64,000 bases of DNA from an archaeon (GTDB taxonomy: Archaea > Nanobdellota > Nanobdellia > Pacearchaeales > GW2011-AR1): NCBI GenBank assembly GCA_043810775.1, contig JBDRNU010000025.1, positions 59,153 through 123,152 of the forward strand. Direction: 5' to 3'. Made by a program: the position numbers and the translations under genes. Positions 9,590-18,300 of the stretch are shown piece by piece (positions within the stretch are counted from its first letter, which is position 1; every line of letters begins with the position of its first letter). The notes beneath the pieces were generated by a model that made no database searches, was not told where the DNA came from, and saw only the letters and a list, made by a program, of their open reading frames with translations.

Positions 9590-10186
9590 TTACATTGATG
9601 AAATTATTTCATCAGAATTAGAGATAATACAAATATTTGGAAAGATATTTTTTATAACAAAGTCGTGCAGTTCCTGGCTCATACTTGCGCAGCAGTCTTC
9701 TACAACTATGACTTGATGGTTTTCATCTGCAGCTCTTCGTGCAACTGCTTCAACTACCCAGTTTGTTGCTACTCCTGTTAAAAGTAGTGTTTGTATGCCT
9801 TGAATTTGCTTTTCAAAATCAGGGTTTGTGTATGGGCTTATTCTTGATTTTGAGATTACTGGTTCATTATCAAGAGGTTTTAGCTCTTCGTGGATTTCAG
9901 CTCCCCAGGTCCCTTTTAACATAGCTTTGAATTGGGGAGTCATTTTTTGAAGTGGCTCAAAGCTGGATTCAACTTCTGGGTAGCCTTCAGTGTATTCTAC
10001 TTTTACAAAAACTACTTTTACTCCTAAAGAGCGAGCTTTTTCAAGTAGTTTCTTTGTGTTTTGTATGGCATTCTGCTTTTTTGCGTGTTCCATAATGCCC
10101 ATTCCAGCTACTTTGCCTTTTTCGTGGATCATGTCATTTTGCATATCTAGAACCAATAGAGCTGTATTTTCTTTATTTACTTCCAT
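9590..10186 (-). CDS. Isochorismatase/cysteine hydrolase family protein (catalytic Cys absent)
   Basis: TALLVLDMQND, GTWGAEI, K.R.S, TGVATNWVVE, VVEDCCAS. Confidence 0.85.
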   Translation of the reverse strand: MEVNKENTALLVLDMQNDMIHEKGKVAGMGIMEHAKKQNAIQNTKKLLEKARSLGVKVVFVKVEYTEGYPEVESSFEPLQKMTPQFKAMLKGTWGAEIHEELKPLDNEPVISKSRISPYTNPDFEKQIQGIQTLLLTGVATNWVVEAVARRAADENHQVIVVEDCCASMSQELHDFVIKNIFPNICIISNSDEIISSM

Positions 10187-10223
10187 AAATTTTAAATAGA
10201 TTTAGATTATTTAAGTTTTTCGA

Positions 10224-11654
10224 TTAGAGAATTCTTACTATACCTTTATCTGCGTCTATTTCAACTAGGTCGCCTGTTTTTAGGATTTGAGAAGCTATTT
10301 TAGTGCCGACTATGCATGGAATTTTTAGTTCACGAGAGACAATGGCTGCATGACAGGTGACTCCTCCTTCATCTGTGATTATAGCTCCTGCAAACCTCAT
10401 TAGTGGTGCAAATTCTGGACGAGTCATTCCAGTGACTAGGATTGTCCCTTGCTTAAAATCAGTTGCTTTAAATGGGTCTCTTACGATTCTTACTATTCCT
10501 TGAACTTTGCCTGGATAAGCTGACTGTCCTGTAATTAACTTATCTGATGATTTTTGTTTTTCTTGGGAAAGGTAGATTCTATCTATTTGTTGTTTTATTG
10601 TGTCAAAGGTATTATATTCTTCTTCTATTTGCCCGTTATAATATGCTATTATAGAGTATCCTTTTAGTCTTTTCTTAATATAATTTTTATTTTCTTTTAA
10701 GTAGCTTATTCCTTGAATTAGCTCTTCAAAATTATAATAATATATTAAGTCTTTTTCTAAACCAGCTTCATTAAACATTTTTTGAGCTACTCTAAACTGA
10801 ATTGTGATTCCTTTGGAAATTGGGTCTTTTCTTGAGTCTCTTATATTAATTATCTCTTGTATGTAATGGACAAGTTTTTTTTCATCCTGGTTTAATTTAT
10901 TTAAGAATTCTTGAAATTGATTTAGTTTTTCTTCTGATGCTTCTGGAATTTCTGAGTCTTCATATTTTTCTTTTAATAGGTCTTGGACTATTTCTGGGCT
11001 TTCAACGTTTTTATAATCTGCAAACTGGTATTGGAGTTTTTCTGAGACTATTTGCCAGTTTTTGTGTTTTTTTGTAATTTCCATAGCAGCTAATTGCCTT
11101 TTTTTGTCAAATGAATCACTTATTGGAGTGGTAGCTTGGTCCCAGATTTGATTTAGCCTTTGTTTTGTAATTGGTATTTTAAGTTCTTTTATTAGTTTAA
11201 TACACATTGACTTGTCAAATTGAGTTGCAAACCAGGCTAGGCAGTTTAAGTGACGTACAGAATCAATTATTTCTTTAAGATAGTTTAGAATTGTATCATA
11301 ATTATTTTTTTGGATAAAGTCATAAGTAAGTTTATTGTATATTTTATCTATTTTATCACTAAATTCTTTGAAAATTTTCTTTCTTTCTTGTAATTTATTT
11401 GGATTTTTCCAGTATTGCCTGAAAAAATCTTCAGCCATATTATTATAAGTTGTTTCTGACATGAATACAATTCCTTCGTCTTGTTTCATTGTTATTAGAA
11501 AAGTCATGTTTAAAGGCAGTGTGTAATATAATTCATGAAAATTAGGGGCAAATCCTCCTGCTCCGTTTGCTAGCATTGTTACATTATGTACAGGTGGGTA
11601 GAATCTATGGCCTCTCATTATTTCTAGAAACTTATCCATTAGTGTAGGCTTCAT
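10224..11654 (-). CDS. Variable helical domain + phospho-His swivel domain
   Basis: MTRPEF..TDEGGVTCHAAIVSRELKIPCIVGT; ATGA overlap with upstream gene. Confidence 0.85.
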   Translation of the reverse strand: MKPTLMDKFLEIMRGHRFYPPVHNVTMLANGAGGFAPNFHELYYTLPLNMTFLITMKQDEGIVFMSETTYNNMAEDFFRQYWKNPNKLQERKKIFKEFSDKIDKIYNKLTYDFIQKNNYDTILNYLKEIIDSVRHLNCLAWFATQFDKSMCIKLIKELKIPITKQRLNQIWDQATTPISDSFDKKRQLAAMEITKKHKNWQIVSEKLQYQFADYKNVESPEIVQDLLKEKYEDSEIPEASEEKLNQFQEFLNKLNQDEKKLVHYIQEIINIRDSRKDPISKGITIQFRVAQKMFNEAGLEKDLIYYYNFEELIQGISYLKENKNYIKKRLKGYSIIAYYNGQIEEEYNTFDTIKQQIDRIYLSQEKQKSSDKLITGQSAYPGKVQGIVRIVRDPFKATDFKQGTILVTGMTRPEFAPLMRFAGAIITDEGGVTCHAAIVSRELKIPCIVGTKIASQILKTGDLVEIDADKGIVRIL

Positions 11655-13189
11655 TTTTTCATACCTATTTTTCTAATTATTCCAGTTGAACCGTGAATTT
11701 CAACTATTTCACCGTTTTTAAGCACTTTTGTACCAATCTTAGTGCCTACAACACAAGGAACTCCAAGCTCGCGAGAAACAATAGCAGCATGGCAAGTAAT
11801 TCCCCCCTCGTCTGTTATGATTGCTGAAGCCAGCCTCATAGCTGGAACAAAATCAGGAGTAGTCATTGTAGCCACTAGAATTTCACCTTTTTGCATTTCA
11901 TTGACTTTGCTAGGATCTAGCAAGACTCTCACATTACCTAGAGCATTTCCAGGGTTGGCTGTTGTTCCTTTAATTTCTGTTACAGTTTGGTCTATTTTTT
12001 CTACAAATGCATCAAATATCTTGTCTGCTTCTTGTCCAGAATATGCTGAAAACTTTCCTTGGATGCAGTAGAAAAATCCTTTTTCATTTCTTCTTTCAAG
12101 CTCTTTTTTATCAATTTTGTTTTTAAGCAGAGCTTCTTTTAGTTCATTAAATAAGAGCATGTTAAGTAATTGCCTTGGAATGTTAAGTCTTTTTGCTGTT
12201 TCTTTTCTCCAATTAATCATGTGATAATGAGATATAGTGTATTTCTCTTTTTTAAAGTCAAGAAGATAGCCTGAATCAGCGATTTCTTGGAATAATCTAA
12301 CTATTTCTTTATGGAGTTTAAGTTCTGTTATAATTTGATTCTTTTTTGCTTTAATATTTTCAGAGTATTTTTCAAGTTCGCTTATCTTATCTTGCACTTT
12401 AATTTTGCTTTTTAATCTGTCTTTTATAACAGTTAGAAAATAATCCAAATCCCATATTGCACTTCCATAATCATATGGTACCCACGAGAATTTTTTTTCA
12501 TGCTCTAAGAGTTTTTTGTAAAATGGTTGAAAATTTTTTAAAGATTCTTTAATTTTCTTTATTTCTTTAATATCAAATACCTTTTCTAGGGCTTTATTTC
12601 CTTTGACTTCTTTTATTAGCTTAAATAATTCTAGTTCTTCTTTATTGACAAAGCTTGGAGTATCAGGTGTTATCAGTGTTGTTATATATGAGTCTAGTAT
12701 TTTTTTATCATTTATTTTATCTTGGATTTCTTTTTTCAGCTCTTCTACAAATCCAAACCTTAGTCCCCAACTAACCATTTCACTATATGGGTATGCTTCA
12801 AGGTATAACTTATAGTATTCCCTGTATATTTCAAATAGTTCTTCATTACTCTTCTTTGTCAAATCTTTATTTGAAATTTCAAGCGTAAACTTATTCAGTG
12901 TTCCCACTTTTTCTTTGAAGTTTTTTATAAGATTTTTTACTGAAAGTTTATTGCTCTTTGCATTTTTGATTACTGTGTTTTCAAATTTACTAAAGAAATC
13001 TTCACGAAAAACCCAGTACATTCTTCCTTTTTTAAATGCTACTACTAAGTCTCTTAAACTTTCTCCTAAGACTTCTGCTACGTTTGAGGTTGCTCCTTCC
13101 ATTATTGGTAGAGCTAGTATCATATTAACATCATTATTGCTTCTTTCTTGGGCTATTACTAATCCTTTTGGGCTTATTTTTATTTTCAT
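11651..13189 (-). CDS. Variable helical domain + phospho-His swivel domain
   Basis: MTTPDF..TDEGGITCHAAIVSRELGVPCVVGT; ATGA overlaps on both sides. Confidence 0.85.
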   Translation of the reverse strand: MKIKISPKGLVIAQERSNNDVNMILALPIMEGATSNVAEVLGESLRDLVVAFKKGRMYWVFREDFFSKFENTVIKNAKSNKLSVKNLIKNFKEKVGTLNKFTLEISNKDLTKKSNEELFEIYREYYKLYLEAYPYSEMVSWGLRFGFVEELKKEIQDKINDKKILDSYITTLITPDTPSFVNKEELELFKLIKEVKGNKALEKVFDIKEIKKIKESLKNFQPFYKKLLEHEKKFSWVPYDYGSAIWDLDYFLTVIKDRLKSKIKVQDKISELEKYSENIKAKKNQIITELKLHKEIVRLFQEIADSGYLLDFKKEKYTISHYHMINWRKETAKRLNIPRQLLNMLLFNELKEALLKNKIDKKELERRNEKGFFYCIQGKFSAYSGQEADKIFDAFVEKIDQTVTEIKGTTANPGNALGNVRVLLDPSKVNEMQKGEILVATMTTPDFVPAMRLASAIITDEGGITCHAAIVSRELGVPCVVGTKIGTKVLKNGEIVEIHGSTGIIRKIGMKK

Positions 13190-14238
13190 TTTGCTTTTTT
13201 TAGTATTTTAATTATACCTTTATCTGCATCTACTTCTACTATATCATTATCATTTAAAACTTTTGTGGCTATCTTAGTTCCTATAATGCATGGTATTTTC
13301 ATCTCTCGGGCTACAATTGAGGCATGACAAGTTATACCTCCTTCATCTGTTACTATTGCAGCAGCTTTTTTTAAATATTTGACTATTTCAGGACGAGTCA
13401 TTGGTGCTACTAAGATAAAATCTTTTTTGTTTTTGAAGATTTTTTTGTAATTTCCATAATCTTTTTCTGTTATTTTTATTACTTGGCCTTTTGCGAATCC
13501 AGTGTAAGCTGAATTTCCTGATATTTGGTTCTTTTCACTAAGTTTTGGTTCTTGATTTACTAAGAAATTTTCAATTTCTTCTGCTTCTTTATTCAAGTAA
13601 ATATTGAATTGATTATTAATAATTGTAATTGCTAGGGGTCTATTTTCTGTTATTTTTATTTTATTTCCTTTTAATATATTAATAATTTCTTCTGAGGTAG
13701 CTCTTTCAAGTTGTTTAATCTTATATTCTAATTTTTTTTGTATATACTTTATTATTTTATTATATGCTCTCCATATTAGGTCTACAAATTTGGAAAGTTT
13801 TATTCTTATTTCTGGTAGCTCTTTTAATAATTTGGAGTCATTTGTGTCAAAATATTCTTCTGTGTAAAATAAGTATGTTTTATAAAGTTCAAGGCATTGG
13901 TTATTTAGAAAGTTCATTCCTTTAATTGCTTTATCTTTATCTAGTTTTGAATTAATGAAACTCTTTACTTTCTGCTTGTTATTTTTTATATATTTCAAGC
14001 TATCTGAATTTATTTTATTTATTAGTTTTTCATCAGAAAGCTTTATTTTTGAAGCTTGTTCATCCCAGACTTGAAAATTTTTATTTTGAAAAACTACCAA
14101 ATTAGGTGTTTTGTTTGCAATAATCTTGTAATATGGATTATTAATATGTGCATGGCAGGCATATTCCCATGATATGACTGGAGTTATTGAAAACACTTCA
14201 TATTTACTGAATTTATGTGTTTTTAGAAGGGTTATCAT
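13186..14238 (-). CDS. Short variable domain + phospho-His swivel domain
   Basis: TDEGGITCHASIVAREMKIPCIIGT..VEVDADKG. Confidence 0.85.
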   Translation of the reverse strand: MITLLKTHKFSKYEVFSITPVISWEYACHAHINNPYYKIIANKTPNLVVFQNKNFQVWDEQASKIKLSDEKLINKINSDSLKYIKNNKQKVKSFINSKLDKDKAIKGMNFLNNQCLELYKTYLFYTEEYFDTNDSKLLKELPEIRIKLSKFVDLIWRAYNKIIKYIQKKLEYKIKQLERATSEEIINILKGNKIKITENRPLAITIINNQFNIYLNKEAEEIENFLVNQEPKLSEKNQISGNSAYTGFAKGQVIKITEKDYGNYKKIFKNKKDFILVAPMTRPEIVKYLKKAAAIVTDEGGITCHASIVAREMKIPCIIGTKIATKVLNDNDIVEVDADKGIIKILKKAK

Positions 14239-15302
14239 TTTATAATTCTCACTATACCTTTATCTGCATCTACTTCAACCAAGTCTCCATCTTTTAATAG
14301 CTGAGTGGCTATTTTTGTGCCGATTACACAAGGAACTCCAAGCTCGCGAGAAACAATAGCAGCGTGTGATAGTAGGCCCCCCTCATCTGTTATAATAGCT
14401 GCTGCTTTTTTGCAGGCTAGAATAGTATCTGGGCGAGTCATTTCTGTAACTAGAATTTCACCTTTTTTAAATTTAAATACTTCTTTAAGGATGTTCTTTT
14501 TATTATGAAGAAGAATTCTTACTTTGCCGCTAGCTTTTCCTTTCATTGCTGTTTTACCTATAAGTTTATTTACTTTTTTAACAGATAGCATTTCCTTGTA
14601 TATTTTTTTAAATTTTTTGCCAGTTATTAAGGACGGCTTGCCTTTTAGAGTGTAAAATAAGTATCCTCTTGATCTTTCTTCAAGAATCTTGTGAGAAACT
14701 TTCTTACCATTGAAAATTTTTATGATCTCTTGATTATTATAAAAAAATAAATCTTTTACTTTAACTTGAAATCTTCTTGAAATTTCTTTAAGCACTACAC
14801 CTAGAAGAAAATAGAATAAAACCTCCCCTTCTTTTCTCAAAATAAATCTTAATTTGCTTAAATCTATAATTAAACTTTCATGTTTTGACGCTTCTTTTTC
14901 CAGGTTAAACAGGAAAAAATCCTCTGTTTTCATATAAATATTAGAATAATTAACTAAAGTTTTTAGAATATTATTAAAAAATAAACTTTTTAATTGGGAA
15001 TTAGACAGATTTTTAATTTTTATATTATTAAAATATTGCTTTGTTTTTTCAATTTCCTTAAGTATTTGTTGGACCTGCTTCTTGTAATTTTTAATATTTC
15101 CATTATTTGTGAAGAATTTATAGCCATATCCTGCTGTTTTCTTGTCTCTGTCATTTAAATAATAAACGTGAATGACTGAATTTTTGTAAAGAATGAGCAT
15201 GTCATTTGCAAAAAGCTCTATGCTCTTATTGGATAGGAAAAATAGGGGTAGCCTAAGCTCCCTTGCCCAGAATGTTATTTTGTATATTCCTTTTGGCAAC
15301 AT
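14235..15302 (-). CDS. Short variable domain + phospho-His swivel domain
   Basis: TDEGGLLSHAAIVSRELGVPCVIGT..VEVDADKG. Confidence 0.85.
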   Translation of the reverse strand: MLPKGIYKITFWARELRLPLFFLSNKSIELFANDMLILYKNSVIHVYYLNDRDKKTAGYGYKFFTNNGNIKNYKKQVQQILKEIEKTKQYFNNIKIKNLSNSQLKSLFFNNILKTLVNYSNIYMKTEDFFLFNLEKEASKHESLIIDLSKLRFILRKEGEVLFYFLLGVVLKEISRRFQVKVKDLFFYNNQEIIKIFNGKKVSHKILEERSRGYLFYTLKGKPSLITGKKFKKIYKEMLSVKKVNKLIGKTAMKGKASGKVRILLHNKKNILKEVFKFKKGEILVTEMTRPDTILACKKAAAIITDEGGLLSHAAIVSRELGVPCVIGTKIATQLLKDGDLVEVDADKGIVRIIK

Positions 15303-15303
15303 T

Positions 15304-18300
15304 TTATTTAGCTTTCTTTTTAGATAGGACTTTTACTACACCAATATCTGCATCTACTTCCACAACTTCTCCTTCACCCAAAATATCTGTTGCATTTACT
15401 GTTCCTACTATTGTTGGTTTTTTTAGTTTCTCAGCAACAATTGCAGCATGACAGCTTCTTACTATTCCTTCATCAGCGTCAACTTCAACTCTTTTTCCTT
15501 CTTGCAAAAATTCTGTTGCTATTTTAGTGCCTATTATTGTAGGTTTTTTAAGCTCACGGGCTACTATAGCTGCATGGCAGGTAATTCCCCCTTCATCTGT
15601 TACAATTCCTCCTGCCAGTTTCATGGCTGGTACGTATCTTGGATCAGTCATACTTGTAACTAGAATATCTCCTTTTTCAATTTTTTTTGCATCTTCTATT
15701 TTTCTTATAATTCTGACTCTTCCTATAGCTTTTCCTTTATATGCTGAGACGCCTTTAATTTCTTGGTTTTCTTTTTTTTCATTAAGTTCATCCCATAAAG
15801 ATTCTTTGTAAAATATTTCTTGACCTTTCGAGGTATATTTTATGATGCAAAATTTTTTTCTTTTTTCAATATCTGGAATTTTCTTGGTTTTAAGGAATTC
15901 TTCAAATTCATCTATTGTGAGGTATTTTAAAGAGCCTTTTTTAGTATTGTACTTTTTTTCAAGTTTTGTTAGTATTTTTTCCTCGATTATGAAACTTCTT
16001 TTATGCACATCTTCATATGCTCTTCTTATTTCTAGGGCTATATCATTAATTTCTTTTGGAATATCTTCTCCATAGTACATTGGAACTTCATATCCTGAAA
16101 GAATAACATTTGTAAAGTCAACAAATGTTTTGTAGAGTTTTACTGCTGCTTTTTCTGGGTTTTTGTAGCTATCTTTGTAAAATTTGTTAAATTCAGTGAG
16201 TTTTTTGTCATATTGCTTTTTTATTTTTCTAAAATCCTCTAAAGTATTTCTTTGGATAAGGCTTTTACTTCTTTTTCTTCCATCTTCTTTTGATGTATAG
16301 TGGTAGAGGATGTCATCTCTCATTGTTATATAACATGGACTTGATCCTACTCCAAAAAATTCCTTATTTTCATTAAATAAACCTTTAAAGACACAAGTTG
16401 TTCCTAAAATAGAATAGTCTCTTTGATGTCTGTCATAATCAAGAGACTTGTCAAATTCTAAAAGAGTTGTTTTTTTATCATGTCTGTGCTGGCTTTTTTC
16501 TAATATTATTACTTGGGCGTGATTTGCTTTTACTTCAACTAAATCCCTGTCTTTAAGGATTTTTGTTCCAACTTTTGTGCCAATTATACAAGGTATTCCA
16601 AGTTCACGAGAGACAATTGCAGCATGGCAAGTCATTCCTCCTTCATCTGTAACTATTGCTGATGCTCGTTTCATAGCTGGAAGATATTCTGGGCGAGTCA
16701 TTCCAGTTACAAGTATCTTCCCTTGTTCAAAGTTCTTAATGTCCTCTAGTGTTTTGCAGATTGAAACCTCCCCTATTGCCTGTCCTGTAGATGCACATGT
16801 TCCACTTATTGTTGTTGACTCGATAATTTTTTCTTGATCTGAAATTTTCTCATATATTTCTTTTGCTTTATCCCCGCTAAAAATTATTATATTATTTGGA
16901 AGAGAGGGATTCATAATCCATATGAACATTTCTTCTCTATTTTTGATTTCTTTCTGAAATTCTTTATCTAAAAACTTCTTGCTTTCAATTTCCCGAGGCA
17001 TTAGATAATAGAGTTTTTTAACAGGAATTTTATATTTTTCTGCTATTTTGTGCAAGACTTTATCATGCTCGCATACAGCTTTCATAATATTTTCTTTTCT
17101 TTCATCTTGCCAGAGTGTACAAAATGAGAGAAGATTAGCAAGATTTTGAGTTTTTCGATCTATATTGTATTTTTTAATTATTTGTTTTTTTGCAACTCTT
17201 ATTTTAATAAAGTGATCTTTTGGTAGCAATTTAATTGAATCTTTTTGCTCAAGTAGCTCCTTTATTGTTAGAGGATCAGTTCCAGCATAACTGCTTTTAA
17301 TCCATTCAAATTTTTCAAGGTGTTTTTCAAGAAGTTTTTTTTGCTTATTCTTATCTTTAGATTTAAATGCTTTTAATAGACTTTCATCATGGCGATTGTT
17401 AAATGATTCTTCTTCTGGCATGGTTAATACATTTAACGCTTCATTAAGCTGTTTTAAATCTTTTATTTTTTTATCAAGCAAATGTTTTAATACATGGCTT
17501 TGAGTTAAGGAAAATGCTTCAATTACATGACCTGTTCCTACTCCATAACCAATTAGGTCAAAAGTTATCTTAAATACCTCTAACAATTCTTTCTCTGAAT
17601 AATCTGTTTTAGCTTTTGATTTTAGCTTGTTGTATTGCTTTGAAAATTGGTTGCTGTAGATTATTCTGGTTTTTTGAAAATATTTTTCATCTTTTTTTAA
17701 TTTATTAAGTATAATCTCTCCAACTCTCTCTAAGTCAGATTTTATGTAAGACATGTCCCCAAAGTCTTTTTCTGACTTGAACATAAATTTCTCATAGCTA
17801 TATCCTAAAGGATCCTTCATTTTATCTGTTGAGTCTACAGCTGCATTAAAGAATACTGGATATGCAGAGCCTTGTTGAGTTATTCTCTCTTCTTTTAGTA
17901 TTTTTTCGATAATTTCGCTACTTGGGTTCTGGTCATTAAGTATTTTTACTATACCTTTATCTGCATCCACTTCGACTTCCTGGCCGTCTTTAAGTACCTT
18001 TGTAGCTATATTAGTGCCAATTATACAGGGTTTTTTTAGCTCACGAGAAATAATAGCTGCATGACATAAAATTCCCCCCATATCTGTTATAATAGCAGCT
18101 GCTTTTTTCATCAATGGAACATAATTTGGATCTGTCATACTACACACAAGAATCTCCCCTTCTTTAAATTTTAAAAAGTCATGACTTCCAAGCACTATTT
18201 TAATATTTCCTTTAACAACTCCTTTATAGGTTGGTGTGCCTGTGAAATCTTTTGTTTCTTTTAGTATGGTATCAAGATAATCCTTTTTTAGCTTGTCTAA

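Noticed and set aside
1703-16837. Short plus-strand ORFs with repeated AAWQVIPPSSV sequence
   Set aside because: They are antisense shadows of the conserved swivel motif and other real genes
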